NCBI RefSeq assembly: GCF_001194135.2
Contig: NC_068985.1
Span: forward strand, 21,044,835-21,108,834
Origin: Octopus bimaculoides
Taxonomy: Eukaryota
DNA: 64,000 bases
Direction: 5' to 3'
Part shown: positions 51,154-64,000 of the stretch, piece after piece
Layout: each line of letters starts with the position of its first letter
Numbering within the stretch: position 1 is the stretch's first letter
Notes under the pieces: generated by a model
Seen by the model: only the letters and a program-made list of their open reading frames with translations
Told to the model about the DNA's origin: nothing
Databases searched by the model: none
Position numbers and translations under genes: made by a program

Positions 51154-52906
51154 ATACCATAAGGAAAATCTAATACCAGCTTACTATTTACAAAGTGGAT
51201 CACAAACTACTCAAAGATATGGAATAGATACAGTTAGGTTGATCGGGCTTGCATTATAGAAAGAGTTCTGTGTATGAGAAAAGCATTCTTTTCTTCCTGA
51301 GTCAAAGATTTATCATAAACTGACTTGCAAGACTCTCTTCAAGTGTTTAGAAGTGCTCTTGTTGCAAGATATTTATGCTGACATCTTTGTATCAATGAAG
51401 AATCTGCACGAAAACTCAAGCAGTATTTAATTAATTATGCGCCATGTCTTAGATGTTGGTCTTCTGTTTACTTGATGTTGAAATAAAGTATTTGTAAAAT
51501 GGATCCCTTATAAAATGACAGATGGAGGCTTTTAAAGTTACAATTGCTGACACAGTATCATTAATTAATAGCTTTCCAATTAATAAAGAGCAATTTACTA
51601 GCTCACCATTCAGTGTATTACACTTCTAAGATCCACTTAACATCCCATTTCTTTTGAGCTTATCCAAATACATACTAATGGCTTGCTAAGACATGTTAGT
51701 TGTACGGTCTCAAGACTACATCTAGATTCCAAAACTTAGTTCCAATTTAAGCTTATTATTATTATTAACCACAAAGGCATGCTTGCATCAGACTTGAAAA
51801 ATTTGAAAGATTGAAAGTTAGGCTAGTACATTTCACATAAAATTTCTGATAGGAATCATGACGAGAATGCTTGTGTTGTGACTTCCAGCTATTTGATAAT
51901 CTGACATAGATAATAAAAGTCACTGGTAGCTGTTAATTAATGTATGAAAATTTCAGACTTACTTTATCATCAGTCATGATGAGAAAAAAACAATACTGAA
52001 GACAGCTATGTAGTAACTGCTTATTTCAAAGTTTCTTGTTCAGACAAGTATTCAAAAGTCAATAAATTCTATTCCACATGAAGTGTTTGTTAAATAAAGT
52101 TCAGTACAATTACTTATTTGTCTTAAATATAAGGCTAGTGTGGGAAGCTATAATACAAAATCTTATTTTAACAGACTGAATAATAAAGAGTCTTAAGATT
52201 GGCACAAGGCCATATGATTTGGAGAAAACTATAGTCAATTATATCAGTCCATTTAGCTAGTCATCTTTTTATGAAACTAAGAAAGATAAAAGGTTGGATT
52301 TGAACTCAAAACAAAGAGACAGATAAGTACATAGCACTATGCATTTTGCCCGACTCTGTATCAATTTTGCTATTGCACAGCCCTTTATAACAGAACCATA
52401 ATAATTCAAGTTGAGAGGAAAATTCCTCGTTTTGCTCAGTTTTCTTCTTCAAAGAAAATTAAAAGTTTATTTTCATTGGTTGATCTGTTAGATTATGCTT
52501 TCAAGTAATTTTCATTCATTGTGTGAGTAGTATCCAGTGAAATTCTTGAAACTTGGCCAGTAAGATTTTTACATCCAACTAAACACATCTTTCATTTGCT
52601 GGTTATTGCTGCCTTTTACTGTCTAACATGTTAATCTTCTCCATATTAGAGAGTAGATGCTACAGTTTGTATTTTATCAAGCATAAGCATCTTTATGTGT
52701 ATATGTTTTTAAGTACACATTTACACATACACAAAGAATAAGTAGCAAACGTTGAAAGGAGACTTTTCAATTCTACTGCAAATGGTTGTGTTCTTTCAGT
52801 TTTGATCTCATTGCATATCACTTTGGGCAAGAATCATCTAGCATAACTTCAGCTGAGCATTAGATTTTGAGTAGAATTTGTAAATGGAAACTATTTACAA
52901 TTAGGA

Positions 52907-52941
<35 letters not shown>

Positions 52942-54442
52942 CTCTCACTCTTACTTCCTATCATCACAACCATTGTAGTCATCATCATTTCAATGTTTTC
53001 TCATGCTGGCATGGCACTGGTTGGTCTGCAGAACAGCAAAGTGTCACTCATTTTCTATCCTACATAAATTTTTCAGTGAGCTCCCATGTATTACTATTGA
53101 ACGTTGTATCATCAGATACATGTGTAACATGCGTGTGTATACACACACACACTCACATATATATATATGCACAAATATATATACTTCCCTACCACATAGT
53201 TTGGGACTAGTATCCGTTATAGCCTAGTATCCGTTAATTTTTGTTGCATGAGACCAAAACTATGAAATTCTTCATGCTTTCTTCTATCATTGAAGCTAAG
53301 ATAAATATATTTTGCTTTTAAAATAAGAAAGTTATTTAGATCTAAACTTGATCGGGGCTGTTACTTACTCTCCTATAATATTGCTACAAATTATGATGTA
53401 AACTTTTTTCTACTGGACCAAATCTCAAATTTTCTATGCCAAAATGTAGCTAGGGACCAGTCCTCTTCAAAAATGTTAACAGTTTTCAATTTGGTTAAGA
53501 ACTGAATTAGCGACAAGCTCAGAAAGATGTTTCATGTGAGTAAAGTGCGGCCTTAAGAATATTACTCAACTATTACCGTAGTTGAATGATTTTTATTCAA
53601 TTGTCTTTAAATAAACACATATTTAAAAACACCTGTCTCTCATAAGTGGAGATTCACATATCTGTCATAATGTTGAATCATGTCCATGCTATTCATGCCA
53701 GAAATTTGGCTGATAAAATGGAGGAGCACTGGAAAGAATATACTGATAAAAAAAAAACAGCCTTACCACTTATAGATCTCTGTACAATAATCTTGAAGAA
53801 GCATCTTGAATATTTCTTACTGTCATGCAGTAAAAAAAACACTCTAAGCCATTTTCAATAATAACTCAGTTTCATGTGGAAGAGTATGAAAAGAAAGATC
53901 TCCTTTATATCAAAACAACACAAAAAAGAACAAAGACAACCTGAAGCATCCAAGCAACTTGAATCAATTTTGATATATTCATGAAATATGTTCCTATTTC
54001 TATTGTCAGTTTTGGTTGTGTAAAAATCTCTATATATGTCACTTAAATCTTCTTGAATAAGCATGCATAATACCAATTTCATTGGTTCATTAGCATCAAG
54101 GTTTACATTTATTGAAAAATGTATTTGTCTCTAGGTGGATGAAATTATTTCCTATTGAGGATAAATTTAATTGCAAATTTAACTCCTGGACAAATGATTA
54201 AAGATTTTTAATCGATAAAATTTACATTATTTCCAACTTTATATAAGATAAAAAACATTAGATATTCTAGTAAGAAATATTTAGAACAGTACATTTTAAA
54301 ACAATGTTGTTCTTTATTATCATTCATAATCAAATTTATGTTTGTATACTTATTTTTCCCAGAGCATCATTGGCTTTTAATCATATTTTTCTTTTAAGTG
54401 TTTTTTTTGTAAATGGTGTTTACTTTTTTTTTACTGTTTTAG

Positions 54443-54528
54443 CTGAAAAGCTCGAAGAAGAAAAATGATGATGTATATGTTGTTCTATATAATTTTAAAG
54501 CCAAAGAAAAAGATGACTTGGATCTCAG
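54443..54528 (+). CDS. Stac: Coding exon, start of SH3-1 (phase 0-2): LKSSKKKNDDVYVVLYNFKAKEKDDLDL(R)
   Basis: ttttag acceptor and CAG|gtaatt donor. YVVLYNFKAxxxDxLDL is an SH3 N-terminal (ALYDF-type) motif. Confidence 0.92.
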
Positions 54529-54584
54529 GTAATTATAAAATAATTTTTCTCAAACACAAAATCTGGGCAAATTCATAATTACTT

Positions 54585-54763
54585 CAAACCCTTTTAATAC
54601 TAATCCACCTGAAACTGCCCCTGGTTCTACACCACAAACTCCCAGTTTTGAAGGGATCTAAATTATAGCCTTTCAGTAAAATTTCATATTAATTTGTTTC
54701 TTTTTCAAATTAATTGAAGAAAAGATAATGTATTTCAACAGAAATACAGTAACAAAGGGTTAA
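54585..54763. mobile_element. piggyBac-like MITE, internally deleted copy
   Basis: Collinear with 8379-8601 (cctgaaactgc..., atttcaacagaaata...aaagggttaa). Confidence 0.65.
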
Positions 54764-55729
54764 GGAAATGTTTTCTTTCCTTTCACTGATTTATACAGTC
54801 ATATATATGTATTTACATACAGAAATATGCACACATACAATTCCACTCATACACACAGTCACTCTCTTTCTCCCATATATACACACAAGCATAAATGTAC
54901 ATGATATCTACTGCTTTCTGTTAAGTCTAGTTTTCTTTTATATAAATTTTTTCAATTCCACTTTCTATTGACCAGTTAGAAACTATTCTGAAGTGCTCCG
55001 ATACAAATCTTTAGAAAGTGGCAGTAGTTATCAATTAGGAATAATAATTTCTCTTTATTCAACAGTCAAACCTCAATACCCTTCAGCTATGTCATGGAAT
55101 ATAAGACAAATCAAGAATAGTACATTATTTTTAAAGAAAATTGGATGAAAAATCAAATAGTTTTCTTTAAAAAGGAAGCTAAATTAATTCAAGTAGAAAC
55201 ATAAGCTAACACTATTCAATTCCTTAGAATGAAATCAATATTTTCCAAACATTATTCCATTGAGTGTTGAATATATTGTGTCTGTCCTCACACCTGACTA
55301 CAACAGCTGTCACAATCCATCTGCCCCCACCCATTTCAGTTCTGCCATTCACCACTTGACACTGTGTAAAACAGAACCAGCCCCCATCACCATCTGAACA
55401 ATATTTAGTTGATCAGCTAAGATCAGTACTCATGCTGTACTCACCACTATACCCAATCAGCAACTTAGAAGTAGCAGTAGAAATTGGGTGTGATATGAAT
55501 TATGAACACCTACTACAAAAAGGTATGGCTTCCATTCTACAAAGGTGCTAACACTCCACCAGCACCTATAAAACATTGAGCTCTAAATGGTCTTCATAAG
55601 TCAACTGAGGATCTTCATGAAAACTAGACATCCACCAGGGTTAGATAAGATCATCCATAAACTCCAGAGTGGCATGAAAGCATGTATCACCTACCTTGAG
55701 GACATGGTACTTGCATTCTCAGACAGAGA

Positions 55730-56095
55730 TGGAACCAAGTAGTGATGCATCGTGGTGTCTGGAGCTTGTCTTTTGTTTGGAATATCACTAACAGAAATGA
55801 TATTCTAACCAAAGCTAAGTTTTCTGTTCATGGCTTAATTACAAAGATAGCAAAGAAGCATTGAATGTTGTGCAAAAATTCTGCTATCTGAGGAGCTTTC
55901 TCTCTGTCCACGTGAATGATGAATCACAACACAGTCAGGGAAAAATAAGCATTGCCTTCAGAAGACTGCATCACAGACTTGAACCAGACCATGGAATTAG
56001 CATTTTTAGCCAGGTCTACTGGATGAATATGGATCAGGATATTGGAAAATTGGTGAAAGCCTGCAGGGGTTGATTACACATAGACTTCGCAGGAC
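55730..56095 (+). mobile_element. Degraded RTE LINE fragment
   Basis: LNVVQKFCYL.S and GKISIAFRRL resemble the RTE post-RT region. Confidence 0.55.
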
Positions 56096-56106
56096 TGTTA
56101 AATAGA

Positions 56107-57215
56107 GAGTATTATCTAATAATTGTGAATAGTTACACAAAATGGCCAGAAATATGTAAATGTAGGAAGCCAGCCTCCAAAGTAACAATGAAATTTCTGG
56201 ACAAACGTTTTGTGCGATATGGCATCCCAGACACTATAGTGTCTGATAACAGAACACAGTTTGTGTCGAAGGAATTTAAAAACTTTTGCAAAAAGCATGC
56301 AATGGAGCATATTACTACTCCACCATACCATCCGAGATTGAATGGACTAGCAGAACGTTTTGTAGACATGTTTAAGAGGGCACTAAAAATATCTAGAAGC
56401 TACTAGCTGATATGCATTGACGCAATTCTTAAGTGTCTACCAAATAACACCTAACCCCAACACCACTTCAGGTATATCACTATCTGAACTAATGTTCACC
56501 AGAAAAGTCAGGTCAGTGTTTGACAAATTACTACCGGGAAGAAAAGCAAAAAATGGAGAGAAACACCGAGAATAAGATAAAATACTCAAAATCGGTGACA
56601 AGGTGTTTTTTAAAATATAAAGAAATGGAAAGGAAAGTTGGGAAGAAGGTATAATAAGTAAATGTTAAGGAAAAATTATGTATATGGTAAAAGGTCATAT
56701 ATGGGAACACAAAAGACATTTAAACCAACTGAAAAAAGGGTTTACAGAAGAAAGAGTAAGACATGAAGAACCAATGGAACTTCTTTAATATATTTTTGAC
56801 ATCCCAGTACCTCAAGGAATAGTCGAACCAATTAGTACATCAACTAGGAAAAGAAAACAAACAGAACTTTTGAAAGTAGAGCCAAAACGAATAAAATATT
56901 CCAATTTCTTCCCAGGGAATTAAGTAGAAAAAAGGTGGGAGAGGTGGTAATAAATATATAATAAATAAAAGAAAAATATTAACTTTCAAGGAAAGTCAAG
57001 CTCAAAAAGGGGAGATGTTGTGGTGAAATCCTGACACCCCTGTGGGATAGCAAGTGAACTGTCCTAAACCTTATAAAAGCGCATGCATACTGACAGTGCA
57101 ACATACAGTGTGGTGTGTGCAGTCGCATTTGTGATGGCAGTCACAGAAGTCGTTGAGAAGAGATATAAGCTTGTTACGTGTTTGATACTGATTTAGTATT
57201 TGTAGTATTATAACA
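56107..57215 (+). mobile_element. Gypsy-like LTR retrotransposon 3' remnant (integrase, PPT, 3' LTR)
   Basis: IVNSYTKWPE, IVSDNRTQF, HPRLNGLAERFV integrase core. Purine tract aaaaaggggaga at 57004-57015. 200-bp LTR 57016-57215 (TGTTG...TAACA) with TATAAAA. Confidence 0.9.
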
Positions 57216-58246
57216 CTGTTACAGTGTAGCCTATATCTGAACTCAAGGATATAAAAAATTCAAATCCTACCAAGGTCAATTTTGCCTATCATTTTTCAAG
57301 GTTGATGAACTAATGTACCAGTCAAGTACTGAGATTGATGTAATCAAGTAATCCCTCCCCTTAAAACTGCTGACCTTGTGACTAAATTGTACACACACAC
57401 ACATACACACACACACACATTGTCAAGCACTATATTTCTTGTTATAGCATACAATTCGACAATATAAAACTATAACTACTCTATTTTTCTTTTAGAATGT
57501 ACTTTTATCCTAATTTATGGACAACTAACTGATAATATATACATATATAGACCTTTGTATTGACAAACTACAGGCAAAGTTTTTGGTACATATATTAGAG
57601 TTTATTCATTCATTCAAAACTGAGACCTCCCTCCATCACTACTGCTTTTGACGTAACCATAACTTGTATGTATTGTGATCATGATTTATGTACAAAGACT
57701 ACCATAGTGATCCATAAACCTTAGGTTATGTTCTTCATAGTGTATCGTTAATATTCTTCTTATGCATGTTGTTTTGGAATAAAAAATATAAGAATATGTA
57801 AGGAGTTTGTTCATCAGTCTATACTTTTCATTAACTTAAAGCTTGGGTGAGAAATCTCTAGAAGGATGTTGATAGAGATGGTGTTAAAGTGAAATATAGG
57901 AGTGGATTATTTACAGATCCTTATACAACCCTATGCTACAGGTTATTCATCCAAGAAAGCAATAACTTCAACCAAGAATTCATATAGAGTAGAGGATTTG
58001 TTATCCAGCTGCAGAAAACTTCTCTAGAGTTAATGGCATGATAAGATCTACCCACTTCATGTTGGAAGACATGTACAATAATAAATTGGCTTTTTTTCAG
58101 CTAATGTGTTTGCCAGATAATGTAAATTGTGATGATTGATGAGTTCCATCCAGAATTGTAGAGAAACAAATGGATGTGATTGTTCATGATATATGTATAC
58201 AGTTGAATATCTAAATATACAAGAAACAATATAATCTATTGAGATC

Positions 58247-58650
58247 ATCATCATCATTTAACGTCCACTTTCCATGCTGTCATGGGTTAGATGGTTTGAC
58301 AGGAACTGGTAAGCCAGGGAGCTGCTCCAGGTTCCAGTTTGATTTGGCATGGTTTCTACAGCTGGATGTCCTTCTTAACGCCAACCACTCCATGAGCGTA
58401 ATGGGCGCACAGGTGCCATTTACATGACACTGGCAATGACCACAATGATGATTTCACAGGTATAGTTTCTATAATACTGGCAACAGCCACCATTATGATT
58501 TCACTTGGTTTGACAAGCCTTCTCAAGCACAGCATATTGCCGAAGGTATCAGTCACTTGTTTTGGGCTTCTGTGAGGCCCAAAATTCAAAGATCATGCTT
58601 CATCACCTCATTCTTCACCTCTGCGAGGCCCAACATTTGAAGATCATTTG
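58247..58650 (-). mobile_element. RTE-clade LINE 3' end
   Basis: Reverse complement of the same 3' UTR and tail seen at 3950-4195. Confidence 0.8.
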
Positions 58651-59091
58651 GATGTTTAAATGTCCACACTTTAATTTGCTTTATCTCAAGATAAATGAGC
58701 ATAAATATGACAATTTGCATATCATGAAGATATGGTATTATATATGCTACTAAATGAAAATCACAATTTTAAGGTGAGGTTTTCCTCCAGTATCTTTCCT
58801 TTCACTTATGTTTGTATATTATTTACTGAAGCAACTTCCAGACATTCCAAGTTTCAGAACTACCACCATCTATCTCCAACTGTTTAGATCCTTGGCCTTT
58901 TGTCTTGAAATGGAAGGGGGGCCAAAATATTGATTAGTCCCTCTATTCTACAGTGATGTTCTTCCAGATACTCTGTTCATCTATACCCAGCAAGATGCTC
59001 TTACACTGCTCTTGTGATCTTATGGTATAGCATACAAACCACCTTTCTTATCCAATGACCATATGACACACAGATTAGTTTCTTTCACACA

Positions 59092-59148
<57 letters not shown>
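59092..59148. repeat. (CT)n tract just upstream of the 52-nt exon acceptor
   Basis: Direct reading. Confidence 0.95.
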
Positions 59149-59150
<2 letters not shown>

Positions 59151-59189
59151 GTGAAATTTAAATTATTCTTTTATTTTCAACATTTTTAG

Positions 59190-59241
59190 GGCTGGATGGC
59201 GTATTTCAGTTCTTGAAAGTTCCAAGAAAGATTGGTGGAAA
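59190..59241 (+). CDS. Stac: 52-nt coding exon, middle of SH3-1 (phase 2-0): (R)AGWRISVLESSKKDWWK
   Basis: tttttag acceptor and AAA|gtaagt donor. Contains the SH3 DWW motif. Phases match both neighbours exactly. Confidence 0.92.
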
Positions 59242-59699
59242 GTAAGTAATGAATTAAAAGGAATATAAATATCATTTTTTAAAGACTTTACATCCTGTTG
59301 CGTGTTGGTGTGTGTTTGATTTGGTATGTTGACAATTTCAAAAGAAAAAGACACAATGCGAGAGAGATAATTCCAGAGAGAAACAATTGAATGTATCAAT
59401 ATTCATTTAACTGAAAAGGACAAAGACCTTGATTTAAGAAGTTAGATAATTCAAGGAAATGTATAGCATTATAGTAAGCTTTACAGCAGATTATTCTTCT
59501 TTTTATCTGTTTTTATCAAAAGTTGCCAAAAGTGTTGTCATGGGTACAATAGATATGCTACTGCTCAGATGCTTACCAAAATGCTTTCGGAAATGTATTT
59601 TTTCAACGGAACTGAAAGTAAAATTTGGATGTATCAAAATTATAATTACAAAATTATAATTATAATTACATATTGTTCTTATGATTCTGCCATTTTCAG

Positions 59700-59837
59700 G
59701 GTAAATGTAATGGTAAAGTCGGACATTTTCCTGCTGCCTATGTAGAGCGTCTTCAACCAGGTCAGCGAATTTTCCAAGTTACCAGCCCAGTTCATATTAC
59801 TGAAGGGGCTGTTGATGTACGTTTCCACAAAGATCAG
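59700..59837 (+). CDS. Stac: Coding exon, end of SH3-1 and start of SH3-2 (phase 0-0): GKCNGKVGHFPAAYVERLQPGQRIFQVTSPVHITEGAVDVRFHKDQ
   Basis: ttttcag acceptor and CAG|gtaaag donor. GxFPxxYV SH3 motif followed directly by a second degenerate SH3, the STAC-family arrangement. Confidence 0.93.
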
Positions 59838-59869
59838 GTAAAGCCAGTTTTCTTAATTTTGTTCAAAAT

Positions 59870-60080
59870 ACATGGCAGAATCATTAGCACATCGGACAAA
59901 AGACTGAGCAGCATTTCATCTAGCACTTTACTTTCTGAGTTCAAATACAATCAAAGTTAATTTTGCCTTTCATTCTTTCAGGATTGATAAAATAAAGTAC
60001 CATCAAGTACTGGGTTGATGTAATCAATTATCCACCTCCCCTAAAATTGCTGGCTTTGTGCCAAAATTTGAAACAATTAT
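59870..60080 (+). mobile_element. SINE family D
   Basis: tggcagaatcattagc...tttgcctttcattctttcaggattgataaaataaagtacc. Confidence 0.75.
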
Positions 60081-60973
60081 TATTATTATTAATGGTGGTG
60101 GGCTGGTAGAATTAAGGTATCAAACAAAATACTTTTGCATTCAAATCCTCTTGAATTGATAAAGCAAAGTACCGATCAAGTCCTGGAGTTCATGGTATCA
60201 ACTGTCCCTTACCCATACCTAATATAATTCAATGACCTACATTTAGTAGAATATTTACTCACTTCTACCATATGTAGTCGAGATTTTCCAAACTCTGCTT
60301 ATAGTTTGTTAACATAAAACAAATAACCCTTTTATATTCAATTCAATTCAAAATATTTAATAAATTACTTATTATAGGTGCAGGTCAACCAATGCCTTAT
60401 GAGTGAATTTGATAAACAGAAACACTCTGAAGCCCATTGTATGCGAGTGTGTGGATGCTTACATTCTGCACTCCACATAAAAAGACACTGAGCTACAAAC
60501 AGTGAGGTTTTTCTGGCATTCCTTGCCAATAAACCTGAATATCTGACCGTAAGAAACAGTGCTTCAGTAATAAGTATTCATCTAATTCATACTGGTATGG
60601 AAAAATAGACATGAAAACGTAATAACAAAAAAAAATTATCAGTTATATTTTTGGCAGAGACTGAGCTGAAGTTTACTTGGTGTCAGAGATGATCTGTATA
60701 AAAATACCAAAGAGACAAACAATGGGCAAATTTGAATGACCAGCAAGTTTGATATTCAGTATTTTGTTGTTTACCTCAAGATCAGTACTGAGCAGACAAA
60801 CCTATTATCAAAAATATTCCACCCATGGCCATTCTGTCTATTTTAGTTTATCTAGGACTACATTGTCCAATATGTTTTTCCACTTTCAAAATAAGAGATG
60901 ACTCAAAGGTGATTCAAAGCAAACAGCCTTGTAAATTTTTCTCATTGACTCCTAATGTTTAATATGTTTAAGT

Positions 60974-61376
60974 ATTACTCTTTTATTCTTTTACTCTTTT
61001 ACTTGTTTCAGTCATTTGACTGGAGCACCGCCCTTAGTCAAGCAAATCGACCCCAGGACTTATTCTTTGTAAGCCTAGTACTTATTCTATCGGTCTCTTT
61101 TGCTGAACCACTAAGTTACGGGGACGTAAACACACCAGCACCAGTTGTCAAGTGATATTGGGACAAACACAGACACACAAACATACACACACATACATAT
61201 ATATACATATATATGATGGGTTTCTTTCAGTTTCCATCTACCAAATCCACTCACAAGGCTTTGGTCAGCCTGAGGCTATAATAGAAAACACTTGCCCAAG
61301 GTACCACACAGTGGGACTGAACCCAGAACCATGTGGTTGGTAAGCAAGCTACTTACCACACAGCCACTCCTATGCC
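60974..61376 (-). mobile_element. SINE family A, full length
   Basis: Very similar to 1481-1886. Confidence 0.9.
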
Positions 61377-61912
61377 TATTAGTAAAGATTCAAATATTGG
61401 AGTTGATGAAGACTGGTTAAAAAAGATGAAATAGGTCAAATGTACTGGGAATGTCAATAGAAAAGTCAGATGCTATGGTAAAGAATAGTTGGTTCTTGCT
61501 GATAACAGGCAAAGGTTTCACCTTCTACATCAATGAGTAGAATGTGAAGGCTGAATGGAACTATAAAGACTAAATTCTCTGTATTGGATTAAGTTGTAGA
61601 TTTTAAATATTTGATTGATGACTTCAGCACAAAAAGTCAGATCAGAGAATTAAAGAATGGTTAGAATAGATAGGTGGGTAGGTAATTTTGGTGTAATTGG
61701 ATATATAGGCTTTCACTCGTTGTAACTTTGGTGAATTTAAATAGATGCAGAGATCGTGATCTTTTTTTAAATTGTGTAGACCATAGCTAAGCTTGTATTT
61801 TACATTTAACCTGATCATCAAACAACTTACAAGCAAGTTTACAAGACTGTAAATGTAGGATTCATTGCTTTATCAGCGAATTTTACACAATTTCTTCTTT
61901 TTTTTTATATAG

Positions 61913-62014
61913 ATTGTTCTCCAAGTGGGTGAAGAACTAAATGGAAGTATATTAGTGAAGTCCATGAACAACCGACAAGCCAACTGTCCACTGAAGTACC
62001 TTTTAGAAGTATGA
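61913..62014 (+). CDS. Stac: Terminal coding exon, end of SH3-2: IVLQVGEELNGSILVKSMNNRQANCPLKYLLEV*
   Basis: Long polypyrimidine plus atatag acceptor. In frame after KDQ. The CPxKxLxEV* C-terminus resembles Dstac-type proteins. Stop TGA at 62012-62014. Confidence 0.9.
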   Translation: MVLQVGEELNGSILVKSMNNRQANCPLKYLLEV

Positions 62015-63430
62015 GAAAGATACCAGATAGATTTTATGAGCATCTTTCTTAAACTAAGAGTACTCAATCAGCCATTACTTGATACTAAAATAGATTGTTT
62101 TTATCAAGGTTTCAATTTGTAACCATTTTCTTACAGGTCTAATATTTTTCTTCCTCAATTGAAGAGTTTTATGTCAAAGTTTAATACAAAGAGAAGGATT
62201 TGCATAACAACTACAATTTTCTTCAATTTTGGCAGTTTATCAGAATGACCATATTAGAATAAATGTGGTGTACAGGAAATATAATTGAAATTATATTTTT
62301 GTAAATATTGTTATAAATTATATTGCTTGTTAAATTACATTTGATGAGGCTACTTAAAACTGTACTCCTCATTATATATACATTGGCTAAAATTTACTTA
62401 CCAAACTGAATAACAAATTGGCAAAATATTAGCTATTTTAACTTGGATTGATTGCAAGATAAATTTGGAATAAAAATGCAAAACAATCCTATTATAAAAT
62501 AATTTTCCATTTCAGAATATTAACAAACATATTCAGCTTTAATGAAAAGGGTGGGGGGATTGACAGAATCATTACAAAGTCTGACAAAATGCCTTGTGGA
62601 ATTTGCTCTAGCTCTTTATGGTCTGAGTTCAAATCATGCTGAAGTCAACTTTGCCTTTTATGCCTCCTTGGTTGATAAAGTAAAGTACCAACTGAACACT
62701 TTACAAGGGTTGATTTAATCAACTAACTACTTCCCCAAATGTGTGGCCTTGGGCCTACATTAGAAGCAATTATTACATTTTCCAACCAACTTGTTATTTT
62801 TGCTTTGTTGTTGGCACATTTTAATGCTTTGACTGAATTGAAGAAGTTAAATTTAAAATCTGAAAACTTTTATCAAATTAGCATAAAGCAGAAGTTTTGC
62901 TCTTGTTACTTCAATTTTAACTATTTTATGCATTTCAAAATTCCCTAATATCTGTTTATAAAAAAAATAATTACTTACTGCTATTAAGCATTCCTGCTAA
63001 TTTTAGATTCAAATTTATGATATATTTAAAAATAATGCTACAACTAAATTATAATCTTCATTGGAAATATTTTATATTCTTCCTCAGTAGAATTTGAATG
63101 TAGCATTAATAAATAAATATCACTAAATTATATAGAAAACTTTAAACAAAAGATAAATTCTTTTTTTAAAAGTTGCTATTTAAAAAATAAAAGAGTGGAA
63201 AATATCTATTTGTTGTATATCATTAAAATACATAGTTATCTACCAACAGAAAATGTGTTTAATTTGAATTTTTAAAAAAATATGGTCTTTTCTAAATGTT
63301 GGTTTAGAACTAAATGTAAAGAGGCAAGCATAATTTTACCATACTTTGAACCATTGTTAGATTTTTAAAAATCTGAGGATTTCCAAAATTAGATGAAAGT
63401 CCTTTCAGAATAATTAACACAATAAAAAAA
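62015..63430 (+). other. Putative 3' UTR of the STAC-like gene
   Basis: AT-rich sequence after the stop, with AATAAA at 62258, 63108 and 63421. The true end cannot be determined. Confidence 0.3.
62548..62775 (+). mobile_element. SINE family D, probably within the 3' UTR
   Basis: Same core (gtcaactttgcctttt...gttgataaagtaaagtacc) and tail (tggccttgggcctacattagaa). Confidence 0.7.
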
Positions 63431-64000
63431 AAACTTGTTTACTAATAATGAGTCTAAAGTATTTTCAAATACAACAAAAGAGAAAAACTAAGATTGGCAT
63501 GACCACTATCTTGGCCATATTCTATTTTTATGTTACAAACTTGATTTTTTTTTTTTTTTTTGATTGGGTTGTTAAATTTTAAGTGTACAAAAGCAAAGCA
63601 AAATAGTTATTTGCTTGAAAGATGTAATAACTAAAGCCATTCTTTAAAATCAATTCTACATCCCTAAAATAACTTCATTTTTACAAAAAAATATCCAATG
63701 CTAAACATTCGTTATACTGGGGCCATTCTTTATAAAATCATCAATAGTTAACCTCTACTTAATCATGTAAGTAATCATTATAAATTTAATCACTGAATAA
63801 TTTTTACAGTGTATATGTGTATGTGTGTGCATATATATATATGTATATATATACATTTAAAGAGAGAGAATCAGCCAGTAAAATACAGAGATGCTCAATA
63901 CAGAAAACACATAGTAGTGTTCAAATGATTTGAACTTACACTCCAAAGTCTTTATCAAGGACTAAGTAAGTCTGTGAGATAAAGAGTGACTATAAGAGGT

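Noticed and set aside
53190-53620. Unclassified repeat-like segment with a short ctagtatccgtta duplication
   Set aside because: No terminal repeats or coding motif could be defined.

Overview
AT-rich eukaryotic genomic DNA with nine N-gaps. The repeat content (tRNA-derived SINEs with central (TA)n/(CA)n tracts, RTE LINEs) looks like a coleoid cephalopod, probably Octopus; this is an inference. The window holds the 3' part of a large intron-rich + strand gene for a STAC/Dstac-like adaptor. Six small coding exons between 35062 and 62014, mostly missed by the ORF track, splice in frame to give a Ser-rich region plus tandem SH3 domains ending in a stop. No C1-domain or start exon was recognised. 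The rest is intronic: at least four SINE families, RTE and CR1/L2 LINE remnants, two inverted mariner halves, Helitron remnants, a Gypsy integrase with 3' LTR, several MITEs and microsatellites. The most notable observation is a set of type I hammerhead-ribozyme motifs, one with a fully intact catalytic core. They sit in two fold-back, Penelope/retrozyme-like repeat loci (about 20.6-22.1 kb and 48.4-48.9 kb), and every complete motif is antisense to the host gene. All alignments and folds were done by eye.
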